Shown in pieces: positions 39,616 through 47,666 of a stretch of DNA of 47,666 nucleotides. A model generated the notes under the pieces. The model was given only the letters and a program-made list of their open reading frames with translations. It did not search any database and had not been told where the DNA came from. Origin of the DNA: Nitrospira japonica (GTDB taxonomy: Bacteria > Nitrospirota > Thermodesulfovibrionia > Thermodesulfovibrionales > SM23-35); the NCBI GenBank assembly GCA_020725385.1, contig DYFC01000030.1, forward strand, positions 1-47,666, in the 5' to 3' direction. How positions within the stretch are numbered: the first letter of the stretch is position 1; each line of letters starts with the position of its first letter. A program made the translations under genes and the position numbers.

Positions 39616-42057
39616 TTATTCTTCACTAATTGTATCTTTAATATTTTCAGTTATTTGTGAGACATATTCTTTTATCTTTTCTTTTGCATCATGTGGAAGT
39701 TCCTGAAAAGGTGATATGTCTATTTTTTTCTTTGAGTGTTTTATAATCCTGTAACCATCATTGAGCCATATAACACCTATTCCACCGATAGGAACAAGAT
39801 GAACTTTTTCTTTTATGTTTTCAGGAAGTGAATCATAATTTGTCATTTCATATTCAATCATATCAGGATAAAGGTCTCTTATCTCTTCAAATAACATATT
39901 GCCTTTTGCAAGCGTTTGCAACTCTGATGCAAGCACTATTTTTGTATATTTATTTTCTTCATCATATCTAACTATAAGTTGCTCGATAATGTTTTCATAA
40001 GGTATATCAATAATTTTTCCTTTAAAAAACTCAAAAATGGTCATATATTTATAAAAATAATCTGCCTGTTGTTTATTAAATTTATATTTTTCAACCGATT
40101 TTTTGTATTCATTCATATCAGGTTTTATATTTTGTTTTTCAGCTTCATTAAATAAAAATTTTTCAATAAAAATATCTTTCCTTATATCGCCACTTCTCCA
40201 TGCGATGTTTTTTATCCCGAGTTTATTTAATATATATAAAGAATCGGTTATATAATTTTCTCTTTCCTGTATTTCCTTTAATTTATCTGATAAAACCTGT
40301 GATTTTTTTCTTTCATCCTCAAGTTCTTTAAGTTTTAAATGATATTCTTCTGACTTTTTCTTTTCATCTTCAAGTTCTTTTACATTTGTGGAAAGTTCAG
40401 CAGTTCTTTTTCCCTCATTTTCGAGTTCTTGTGCTTTTGCTTCGAGTTCTTTTAATTTTTGTTCTTCCTGCTGTAGTTTCTTTAATTTAATTTCAAGTTC
40501 ATTGGCTTTCTTTTTTTCTTCTTCAAGATATGCAATTCTTTTTTGTAATTCTTCTGTTTTCACCTTAGCTTTTTCGAGTTCCTCTATCTTTGCCTGAAGA
40601 AGCATAGAATTTTTCTTTGTTTCCTCAAGTTCTTTAAGTTTTATTTGTATTTCTTCTGCTTTCTTTTTTGCATCTTCGAGTTCTTTAATTTTTTTCATGA
40701 GTTTATCGGCTTTTTTCTTTTCTGATTCAAGTTCCTCGATTTTTGCCTGAAGCTCGCTAATTTTTTCTTTATCAGCCTCAAGTTCTTTTAAACGTTTATT
40801 TAAATCCTGGGATTTCTTTTTCTCATCTTCAAGATTCTTAATTTTATCCTGAAGCTCGACAGATTTTTTTCTTAATTCTTCAAGTTCATTGACTTTTTTC
40901 TGAAGTTTTTCTGCCTTTTCTTTTTCAGCTTCAAGTTCTTTTAGGTAAGATTTTAAATCTTTTGTTTTTTCTTTAATTTTTTCCATTTCTTTTATTTTGT
41001 ATTGAAGTTCTTCAGCCTTTTTCTTTTCATTCTCAAGTTCAGAGGATTTTTTCTGTAATTCATCTGCCTGTATCTTTAAATCCTCCATCTCTTTTATTTT
41101 AGATTGAAGCTTTTCTGCGTTTTTCTTTTCTGCATCGAGATTTTTGATCTTCTCACGAAGTTTCCCGGTTTTATCCTTTAGATACTCCAATTCTTTTAGC
41201 TTTAATTGGAGATCGTCGATTTTCTTTTTTTCTTCTTCAAGAGCCAGAACTTTTGCCTGTAATTCTTCAGACTGTTTCTTGTATTTTTCTAATTCTTTGA
41301 TCTTTTCTTGTAGTTTTTCAGCGTTCTTTTTTTCATCTTCCAGTCTTTTTATTTTTTCCTGTAATTCTAAAGCCTTACTTTTTTCGATTTCTAATTCATT
41401 TAATTTTTTCTGCATCTCGGAGTGGATTCTTTTTTCTTCCTCAAGTTTTTTAATTTTTTCCTGAAGTTCAAGAGATGTTCTCTTTGCTTTTTCCAGTTCG
41501 TTTTGGTCAACATTTGAATCCGGAATAATATTTTTCTCAGCTTCAAGGCGGTCTAATTTTTCCCTTAAAAAAACTATATTCTTTTTTTCTTGTTCGAGAA
41601 TATCTTGTTTATCAGTTTTTATGTCTTTAAGAGGAGTAGAATCTTTTTTTACTTCGAAATTTTGTGTATCACTACGTTTTTTAATTTCAATAATTTCTTG
41701 AATCTCCTGTTTTGCATATGAAGTAAAAGGGCTATCAGGATATTTTTTTGTTATCTCGGTAAAAATATTTTCAGCATCCTGATATTGTTTCAATTGAACT
41801 AGGGATTTCCCGAGCCAGAACATAACAGCATCATTTGTTGAATTATCGGGAAATTTTTTAAGGAATGTTTTAAAGTCTTCTGCAGCTTTTTCAGGCTGAT
41901 AAGAGAGATAATAATTGTACCCTCTGTCGAAAAGTTCAAGATCCTTTGTTTCTGATATTGCTTTATCAGGAGTTAAAAAATATAACGTAAGTAAAAAAAA
42001 TAGAATCAGTTTAAGTTGATTTTTACAGAATATTTTTCCCATAATTTCTTTATCCAT
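39616..42057 (-). CDS. Exported TPR (CpoB/BamD-like) plus long coiled-coil plus degenerate SurA/parvulin-like protein
   Basis: Hydrophobic N-terminus; TPR FLKKFPD..AVMFWLG; about 24 x 17-aa repeats; C-terminal NEAEKQNI and DGYRIIK. Start may be Met6 (42042). Confidence 0.7.
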   Translation of the reverse strand: MDKEIMGKIFCKNQLKLILFFLLTLYFLTPDKAISETKDLELFDRGYNYYLSYQPEKAAEDFKTFLKKFPDNSTNDAVMFWLGKSLVQLKQYQDAENIFTEITKKYPDSPFTSYAKQEIQEIIEIKKRSDTQNFEVKKDSTPLKDIKTDKQDILEQEKKNIVFLREKLDRLEAEKNIIPDSNVDQNELEKAKRTSLELQEKIKKLEEEKRIHSEMQKKLNELEIEKSKALELQEKIKRLEDEKKNAEKLQEKIKELEKYKKQSEELQAKVLALEEEKKKIDDLQLKLKELEYLKDKTGKLREKIKNLDAEKKNAEKLQSKIKEMEDLKIQADELQKKSSELENEKKKAEELQYKIKEMEKIKEKTKDLKSYLKELEAEKEKAEKLQKKVNELEELRKKSVELQDKIKNLEDEKKKSQDLNKRLKELEADKEKISELQAKIEELESEKKKADKLMKKIKELEDAKKKAEEIQIKLKELEETKKNSMLLQAKIEELEKAKVKTEELQKRIAYLEEEKKKANELEIKLKKLQQEEQKLKELEAKAQELENEGKRTAELSTNVKELEDEKKKSEEYHLKLKELEDERKKSQVLSDKLKEIQERENYITDSLYILNKLGIKNIAWRSGDIRKDIFIEKFLFNEAEKQNIKPDMNEYKKSVEKYKFNKQQADYFYKYMTIFEFFKGKIIDIPYENIIEQLIVRYDEENKYTKIVLASELQTLAKGNMLFEEIRDLYPDMIEYEMTNYDSLPENIKEKVHLVPIGGIGVIWLNDGYRIIKHSKKKIDISPFQELPHDAKEKIKEYVSQITENIKDTISEE
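40246..41469 (-). repeat. About 24 tandem 51-bp (17-aa) coding repeats
   Basis: Consensus about ELQxKIKELExEKKKAE. Confidence 0.85.
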
Positions 42058-42956
42058 TCATTATATAACTTATCTTTCTTTTCAATATAAATTATATTGC
42101 TTATTTCATCCTTTACCCATTCATATGGTTTATAAACTTCCCTTGTTTTGGAGACTATATTCAATATATATGCGCCATCCTGTACCCATATGGGGTCGCT
42201 TATCTCACCTTTTTTCATAGAAAAAGCAATCGCATCCAGTTGCGGAATCATTTTCCCTTTTTCAAAAACTCCAAGAAAGCCATTCTGACTTTTTAGAGGT
42301 TCATCGGAGTATTTTTCAAGGATGCTCTCAAACGGCTCTCCATCTCTTAAAAGTTTTGTTACTTTGAGAGCTTTCCTTTTTAAGTCAGTTAATTCTGTAA
42401 GAGTTGCACTTTCTTTAAGTTTAAGAAAAACTGCTTTTACTTCAACTTTTTCAGGGATGTGAATATAGTTGTTTCTATTTTTATTATAATAGCTTATTTT
42501 TTCATCTTCAGTGATAAAGATTTTTGAATCAATCTGCATATTAATTAATTTTGATACCATTATCTTTTCTTTCATTATTTTCAAAAATCCTGTATTATCA
42601 AGGCCTTCTTGTTTTATTTGGAGCTTTAAAGTGTCAGGTGAGAGTTTATGCTGAACCATAAAATCCTTAACAGCCTCTTCTATTTCTTTGTCATCAACCT
42701 CTATCATCAATTTTTCTGCCTCTTCAAGCATTATCTTTTCTTCGATCAGATTTTTCAATATTTTTTCATCTATTTTCCCGGCTGAATTTTTATCCTGTAT
42801 CTCTCCTGAAAATTTAAGGTAGTCTGAATATGTAATCAGATTATTACCGATACTTGCAAGCACCCTGTTAATTGTTTCAGCAAAAGATTGACAGTTAGAA
42901 GAAAAACCATTAATTAAGAATAAAAGAGATAAAAAGAGTAAGAAAACCCTGATCAT
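42006..42956 (-). CDS. SurA-like periplasmic chaperone / parvulin PPIase
   Basis: INRVLASIGNNLIT; GEPFE...YSDEP...GFLG; GEISDPI...GAYIL. Confidence 0.85.
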   Translation of the reverse strand: MIRVFLLFLSLLFLINGFSSNCQSFAETINRVLASIGNNLITYSDYLKFSGEIQDKNSAGKIDEKILKNLIEEKIMLEEAEKLMIEVDDKEIEEAVKDFMVQHKLSPDTLKLQIKQEGLDNTGFLKIMKEKIMVSKLINMQIDSKIFITEDEKISYYNKNRNNYIHIPEKVEVKAVFLKLKESATLTELTDLKRKALKVTKLLRDGEPFESILEKYSDEPLKSQNGFLGVFEKGKMIPQLDAIAFSMKKGEISDPIWVQDGAYILNIVSKTREVYKPYEWVKDEISNIIYIEKKDKLYNEWIKKLWEKYSVKINLN

Positions 42957-43663
42957 TTTTCAGCCAGTTTATCAAGAACCTTTTGGGCATCATTCCATGT
43001 CAGCCATTTATCTTTTGGATTCCTCATAAGATAGGCTGGATGGAATGTTGGCATCACAGGTATATCTTTAAAATAAAAAAATTTACCTCTAATCGCTGTT
43101 ATTTTAAGCTTATTAATACCTGAAAGTGTCATCGCAGATATTCTGCCAAGTGACATTATTACCTTAGGATTTATAATTTCAATCTGCTTTTCGAGGAAAC
43201 CTTTGCATAATTCAATTTCATCGGGCTCGGGATCCCTGTTCATCGGTGGTCTGCACTTAACGATATTTGCTATGTAAACATCTGTTCGTTTAAAGCCCAT
43301 TTTTTCAATTAATCTTGTTAGAACCATTCCTGCTTCGCCGACAAAAGGTCTTCCCTGTTCGTCCTCTTCTCTTCCCGGAGCTTCGCCAATAAACATGAGT
43401 TTTGCTTCAGGATTGCCTTCACCAAAAACAATGTTCAATCTCTTTTGTGAGAGTTTGCATCTTTTACAGTCACCTAATTCTTTGCGAAGTTCGATTAAAG
43501 CTTTTTCTTTAGAACGACAATTCTTAATGGATGTAATTTCATTTGAAACAGGTCTTTTGATTTTGTCTGTTTTATTAAAGTCCTTTAGTTCAATAGGTAG
43601 TCTTTCAAATCCAAGCATTCGATAAAATTCCAGTACATCTTTTATTTCCACCAATTTTTTCAT
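42953..43663 (-). CDS. Uracil-DNA glycosylase family 4
   Basis: CKRCKL, IGEAPGREED..GRPFVG, NIVKCRPP.NR, TFHPAY. Confidence 0.93.
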   Translation of the reverse strand: MKKLVEIKDVLEFYRMLGFERLPIELKDFNKTDKIKRPVSNEITSIKNCRSKEKALIELRKELGDCKRCKLSQKRLNIVFGEGNPEAKLMFIGEAPGREEDEQGRPFVGEAGMVLTRLIEKMGFKRTDVYIANIVKCRPPMNRDPEPDEIELCKGFLEKQIEIINPKVIMSLGRISAMTLSGINKLKITAIRGKFFYFKDIPVMPTFHPAYLMRNPKDKWLTWNDAQKVLDKLAEK

Positions 43664-43672
43664 TTATCTTAA

Positions 43673-44524
43673 TTATCTTTCACCCCATTTTAATTTTGCT
43701 CTTATAATCTGAAAATAATCTCTTTCACATGGTACGAATATTCTTGCTTTATGCTGGGATTTTTTTACGACTACCATATCATTCTGTCTTAGTGAAAATC
43801 CAACCTGTCCATCAATTGTAAGAAAAACATCTTCTTTCCCTGACTTTAAATTAATTTCAACCTGCATATCGTCAGGGAGAACAATAGGACGATTTGTAAG
43901 AGTATGCGGACAAATCGGTGCAATTATAATTGAATTTAAAGTTGGATAAAGTATCGGGCCTCCGGCTGAAAGTGCATATGCTGTTGAACCTGTAGGTGTT
44001 GAAATAATAAGCCCATCAGCCTTAAAGGTTGATAAATAAATACCGTTAACATAGATTTCGAGATCGATTATACGGGCAAGAGCTCCTTTATTTACAACAA
44101 CGTCATTCACAGCAATATATTCGGTAATACATTCGCTATGTCTTAATACACAACTATTTAACATAATCCGTTCTTCGACAGAACAGTCGTCTTTTAAGAC
44201 TTTTTCCATTACATCATATATTTCGTCTCTTTGAACCGCGGTTAGAAAACCCATACCTCCGATATTTACTCCGAGTATCGGTATGCCTTTATCAGCTACA
44301 AGCCTTGCAACGCTAATCATTGTTCCATCACCTCCGAGTACCACTATCAAATCCACGATTGAAGGCATTTGTGCTCTCGGAGTTCCCTGCATATTCAATT
44401 GTGAAGCATTCTCAATATCAACAAAAACTTCATGCCCCTTTGCTTTTAGCCAGGGAACAAGTTCTTTGATTATATCAAGAGGCTCCTGTTTGCCAGCTTT
44501 GCCTATTATTCCAATCTTTTTCAT
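43673..44524 (-). CDS. nadK: NAD(+) kinase
   Basis: LGGDGT, VND, ADGLIISTPTGSTAYALSAGGP. Confidence 0.95.
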   Translation of the reverse strand: MKKIGIIGKAGKQEPLDIIKELVPWLKAKGHEVFVDIENASQLNMQGTPRAQMPSIVDLIVVLGGDGTMISVARLVADKGIPILGVNIGGMGFLTAVQRDEIYDVMEKVLKDDCSVEERIMLNSCVLRHSECITEYIAVNDVVVNKGALARIIDLEIYVNGIYLSTFKADGLIISTPTGSTAYALSAGGPILYPTLNSIIIAPICPHTLTNRPIVLPDDMQVEINLKSGKEDVFLTIDGQVGFSLRQNDMVVVKKSQHKARIFVPCERDYFQIIRAKLKWGER

Positions 44525-44948
44525 TAATTCCTTCTATAATTATTTCACGGGTATTTTCATCAATATAATTAATACATATTTTTATTATATCATCTGGAAG
44601 ATGTGACTTTGCCTTTTCTGCCCATTCTATAACTGTAATATTATCATTTCCTATAAAACTTTCGATACCTAAATCGTAAAATTCATCCTCTCTTTCTATT
44701 CTATAAAGGTCAATATGTATTAATGGAGGGCTGGAATCATACTCTGCAATAATGGTAAAACTCGGGCTGATTATATTTTTTTCATCTATACCAAAAGCTT
44801 CTGATATGCCTTTTACCATAACTGTTTTGCCTGCTCCCAGGTTCCCGGTTAACCCAACAACATCACCGGGTTTCAGAGTTCTGCCGAGTTTTGTGCCTAT
44901 TTCTTTTGTTTCAGCAGGACTTTTTGATATGATTTTGAATCGATTCAT
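44475..44948 (-). CDS. tsaE: tRNA threonylcarbamoyladenosine ATPase TsaE
   Basis: GNLGAGKT, SPSF, HIDLYR, IEWA. Confidence 0.93.
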   Translation of the reverse strand: MNRFKIISKSPAETKEIGTKLGRTLKPGDVVGLTGNLGAGKTVMVKGISEAFGIDEKNIISPSFTIIAEYDSSPPLIHIDLYRIEREDEFYDLGIESFIGNDNITVIEWAEKAKSHLPDDIIKICINYIDENTREIIIEGINEKDWNNRQSWQTGAS

Positions 44949-45643
44949 TTAAAAATACCGATAAATCCGCCCTGTCTTCCTGCATGATTACCATGAAATC
45001 TGAAAGAGTGGTATCTATCATGATTGCAGAATGTACATTCATTTGATACCCATATATTTTTTTCAGGAACACCTATTGATAATATCTGTATTTTATTGGC
45101 TTCAGGAAGATCAACATAATATTTTCCATCTTTACTCTTAAAATATCTACCATTACCCGTTGCATTATAAATAGCATTTTTAACATCAATATCTACCTGA
45201 TAACAACATCCTTTTATACTCGGTCCCATTGCTATTATTATATCCTCAATCCGGGAATTGAATTCATTTGTCATAATTTTAATGGTTTTGATGATTATAT
45301 TTGAGGCTGTTCCCCTCCAGCCTGCATGTATTGCACCCGCTACCATTTTATTTGTATCAGCCAGAACAACCGGAATACAATCAGCAGTTTGAACACCAAC
45401 TAAGATACCTTTTTGAGCTGTTAATACTGCATCAGCAATTTCAGGCTCTCTTATATTTTTCAGAATAATTATCTTATCTGTATGTTTTTGTACCGGCATA
45501 TATATATCTTTTCCATTAAATCCTGAAGATTTCAAAAACTCTTTTATGTCAGATGTTGTCTTTGTCGTAAAAAAAGCTTTAAATTTTGTATTCTTAAAAT
45601 TTTGAGGTTCAATATAAGTTTTCATAGCAATAAAATTTAACAT
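44945..45643 (-). CDS. pgeF: Peptidoglycan editing factor PgeF / YfiH
   Basis: QKH, TADCIPV, HAGWRG, GPSI..CCY, CT...SFR. Confidence 0.92.
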   Translation of the reverse strand: MLNFIAMKTYIEPQNFKNTKFKAFFTTKTTSDIKEFLKSSGFNGKDIYMPVQKHTDKIIILKNIREPEIADAVLTAQKGILVGVQTADCIPVVLADTNKMVAGAIHAGWRGTASNIIIKTIKIMTNEFNSRIEDIIIAMGPSIKGCCYQVDIDVKNAIYNATGNGRYFKSKDGKYYVDLPEANKIQILSIGVPEKNIWVSNECTFCNHDRYHSFRFHGNHAGRQGGFIGIFK

Positions 45644-45759
45644 ATTAAGAGGAAAAATTCATGTTTGATTAGCAGCTTATCTCCAGATAATTTAAATTTG
45701 AAGCTTTAATAATTAGAGGATGACATCCGGAGAACTTTCTTGGTCGCCAGGTAATTCCA

Positions 45760-46509
45760 TTATAAACGCAGCATCAGCGCGAACACACCCCAGCCGAGGT
45801 ATTCACGCGTGTAAGCGGCGTAGCGCACGGGTTCCGAGGTCAGTTTAACTCGAACATCTTTCGCGAACTCGTCGTCGGGATTGGCTTCAAGCCATCGGCG
45901 CATAGTGAGCCATTTAGCCGCCTCGTATCTGTCCCAGCTATCTTGGTCAGCCAGAACCATTTCAACGACATCGTAGCCAAGATTGCCGAAAGACTCAAGA
46001 AGTTGTGGAAGCATAAGAAAATCGGAGATAGAGTTGGCAAGACAACTCTTGGCAACATCCTCTGTCGGCGGTAACTGACGCCAGTAAGGCTCGCCGATGA
46101 GGATGATCCCTCCGGTGCGGAGGCTCTGCGCCAGAAGATCGATAGTGCCGGCTACTCCTCCACCGATCCATGTGGCACCAATACAAGCTGCCACATCTAC
46201 CTTTTCGTCAGCGACATATCCGGTAGCATCGCCATGGATGAACTTGACTTTATCGGCGACACCGAGTTCTTCAGCGCGGAGTTTTGCTTGCTCGGTAAAC
46301 AACTGGCTCATGTCAATGCCTGTGCCGATGATTCCGTAATCGCGTGCCCAGGTACACAGCATTTCCCCTGAACCACTGCCGAGGTCAAGTAATCGGGTCC
46401 CTGGTTCCAGACGCAACGCTGCGCCAAGAATGGCGAGCTTTTCGGGTGTTAAGGGGTTATGGATACGGTGAGCACTCTCAGTGATGTTGAATATCCGTGG
46501 AATGTCCAA
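45760..46509 (-). CDS. Class I SAM-dependent methyltransferase (YjhP-like), visibly GC-richer than neighbours
   Basis: TTG start with AAGGAG RBS; MDIPRIFNITESAHRIHNP; LDLGSGSG; REYLGWGVF. Confidence 0.88.
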   Translation of the reverse strand: MDIPRIFNITESAHRIHNPLTPEKLAILGAALRLEPGTRLLDLGSGSGEMLCTWARDYGIIGTGIDMSQLFTEQAKLRAEELGVADKVKFIHGDATGYVADEKVDVAACIGATWIGGGVAGTIDLLAQSLRTGGIILIGEPYWRQLPPTEDVAKSCLANSISDFLMLPQLLESFGNLGYDVVEMVLADQDSWDRYEAAKWLTMRRWLEANPDDEFAKDVRVKLTSEPVRYAAYTREYLGWGVFALMLRL

Positions 46510-46660
46510 TTCAGAAAATCTCCTTTCGGGTATGAATAGATTTGGTTACGGCCTAATGCCCATCTGAGCAGCAGCCAAAGGCTGGCTTTTCAGGGGGATT
46601 TTTTTTCAATATTATAGCTAATAATAGCAGTAATGGTTTTTGCAGTCAAGAAAACGATAG

Positions 46661-46685
46661 GGCTCGCTTACGACAGAACGGAAGT
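46661..46685 (+). repeat. 25-bp direct repeat, copy 1
   Basis: GGCTCGCTTACGACAGAACGGAAGT, identical to 47216-47240; runs into the 8-mer array ACGGAAGT TCGGAAGT ACGGAAGC TCAGAAGT. Confidence 0.9.
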
Positions 46686-46730
46686 TCGGAAGTACGGAAG
46701 CTCAGAAGTCAGCAGTATATTGATGCTTTA

Positions 46731-47075
46731 TTACAAAGATCGATAGAAACTCCATAAAAGTTTGCCAACTTCATTCATTAAAGCTTCAATTTGTGATGTA
46801 TCTGTTTTTAGGTATCCGAGTCTTTTAGAGAATTCAAGAAGATATTCTGTCTCAGCAAGAGAGCCTAAAGAAATGTTTATAAACTGTGCCAGCTCTTTTT
46901 TGCTTCTTCGAGCATAGCCTTCAACTATATTTGTAGGAATAGATAAAGCAGCTTTCCTTATTTGAAAAGTTAGTCCAAAAGTCTCATTTTTTGGAAAAGA
47001 TTCTGTTATTTTATAAATATTAAAAGCAAGTTCATCCGCTTTGTTAAAAACAATTAGTTCTTTGTACTTTGCCAT
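46731..47075 (-). CDS. Four helix bundle protein (23S rRNA IVS / bAvd-like family)
   Basis: YKELIVF.KA, FPKNETFGLT.QIRKAALSIPTNIVEG, SLGSLAET. Confidence 0.92.
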   Translation of the reverse strand: MAKYKELIVFNKADELAFNIYKITESFPKNETFGLTFQIRKAALSIPTNIVEGYARRSKKELAQFINISLGSLAETEYLLEFSKRLGYLKTDTSQIEALMNEVGKLLWSFYRSL

Positions 47076-47119
47076 TTAATGTAATTATACCATTAGCTCA
47101 TAAAGTTCCATCTCTCTAC

Positions 47120-47191
47120 TATTCCGCTTTTCCGTACCTTTGTTCTTCTGCTCTTCCGGACTTCCGCTATTCAGTTCTTCCGCGCTTCTGC
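47120..47191 (-). repeat. Degenerate 8-bp tandem array, inverted relative to the array at 46678-46709
   Basis: tattccgc ttttccgt acctttgt tcttctgc tcttccgg acttccgc tattcagt tcttccgc gcttctgc. Confidence 0.8.
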
Positions 47192-47215
47192 TCTAAAGAA
47201 GTTCCCTCGTCATAT

Positions 47216-47240
47216 GGCTCGCTTACGACAGAACGGAAGT
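47216..47240 (+). repeat. 25-bp direct repeat, copy 2
   Basis: Identical to 46661-46685. Confidence 0.9.
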
Positions 47241-47363
47241 ACTGTGCCAGTTCCTTTTTTGAAAAAGGCGGATTATGTATTACAGGTATCAATATTGGAA
47301 AAATATTTTCTGTTAAAATCTGCCTTATTCTTATAAGCTATTTAACTCGAAAAATGCAGTTAT

Positions 47364-47470
47364 AGATTCTGAATTAACCATAAAAAAAGCTCAGGGCATG
47401 AGTTTATGATGACAATTATCAATGTTTTACTATCCATAAGCAGTGTCATACTGAATTAATTTCAACATCT
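47364..47470. repeat. Degenerate pair of GTC-tagged REP-like palindromes
   Basis: AGATTCTGAATTAA...GATGAC (47364-47413) and GTCATACTGAATTAATTTCAACATCT (47445-47470). Confidence 0.45.
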
Positions 47471-47525
47471 CCAGTATTAAGAGACATTATGGAATTATCT
47501 ACATTTATTGCTTAAGCATAAATCG

Positions 47526-47666
47526 TGTTAGGAATTTTTTAAAAGTGAACTGTTTACGAATTAAAAGTGAACACCCATAATTGTTTTTTAAGAGGGGTGA
47601 AGTAACAGAACAAATATAAATAGACATACATGGAAAAAGCTGTTAAGAATCCCATAAGAGATGGAA
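47526..47666 (+). mobile_element. IS left end (IS21-like) with start of a putative transposase ORF, truncated at window edge
   Basis: TGTTAGGAATTTTTTAAAAGTGAACTGTTTACGAATTAAAAGTGAACACCC; ATG at 47630 gives MEKAVKNPIRDG; inverted copy at 1-138. Confidence 0.65.

Noticed and set aside
44475-44524. 50-bp tsaE/nadK overlap as programmed frameshift or fusion
   Set aside because: Both proteins are complete, and nadK has its own ATG with an upstream AAGGA. A short C-terminal run-on of tsaE is the simpler explanation.
610-46339. Many short antisense or alternate-frame ORFs (e.g. 610-957, 1254-1511, 7331-8110, 11596-12039, 24602-25126, 41144-41464)
   Set aside because: They lie within well-supported genes, show shadow-ORF composition and have no motifs.
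46731-47240. Diversity-generating retroelement (Avd-like gene plus repeats)
   Set aside because: No reverse transcriptase and no TR/VR pair with adenine-specific mismatches; the repeats are short and identical.
46661-47240. CRISPR array
   Set aside because: Only two 25-bp copies 555 bp apart, no regular spacers and no cas genes. No CRISPR array, tRNA or rRNA was recognised anywhere in the window.
47069-47365. 98-aa plus-strand ORF
   Set aside because: It is a translation of the 8-mer array (SAFP/SALP/SVLP pattern) and the direct repeat, with no recognisable domain.
1-47666. Linear plasmid or phage with terminal inverted repeats
   Set aside because: Content is core chromosomal (rpmF, plsX, ychF, purN, tsaE), there are no replication or virion genes, and the repeats read outward into a truncated ORF as expected for IS-caused contig breaks.

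Overview
AT-rich bacterial chromosomal segment, probably a whole contig from an anaerobe. Gene content suggests Nitrospirota/Thermodesulfovibrionia or Desulfobacterota (inference). Both ends carry the same 138-bp TGT-initiated IS-like end in inverted orientation. Housekeeping genes: ychF, nifU-nifS, pepA, a cardiolipin synthase, yceD-rpmF-plsX-fabH, nfeD/slipin, surA-like genes, purN, udg, nadK, tsaE, pgeF. The ORF track splits two selenocysteine formate dehydrogenases at in-frame UGA codons: a Tat-exported FdhAB plus FdhE, and a cytoplasmic NuoEF-coupled FDH followed by a cNMP-binding protein, fhs and a deacetylase. The best candidate for an undescribed system is the co-oriented cluster at 17781-26491: a PilZ-fused SAM methyltransferase resembling Ralstonia PhcB, a KS plus His-less CLF-like KS pair, FabZ, ACP, a CrtI-like FAD oxidoreductase and a multi-TM PAS hybrid histidine kinase. 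It may be a c-di-GMP-gated acyl-methyl-ester signal synthase with its own type II chain assembly line and receptor, and it is interrupted by a REP-flanked GIY-YIG cassette. Other oddities: a TPR / 24x17-residue coiled-coil / SurA-like protein, a NuoF with an altered nucleotide-specificity motif (GEAT), and a four-helix-bundle gene framed by inverted 8-mer arrays and 25-bp direct repeats. All family calls come from motif recognition; no database searches were run.
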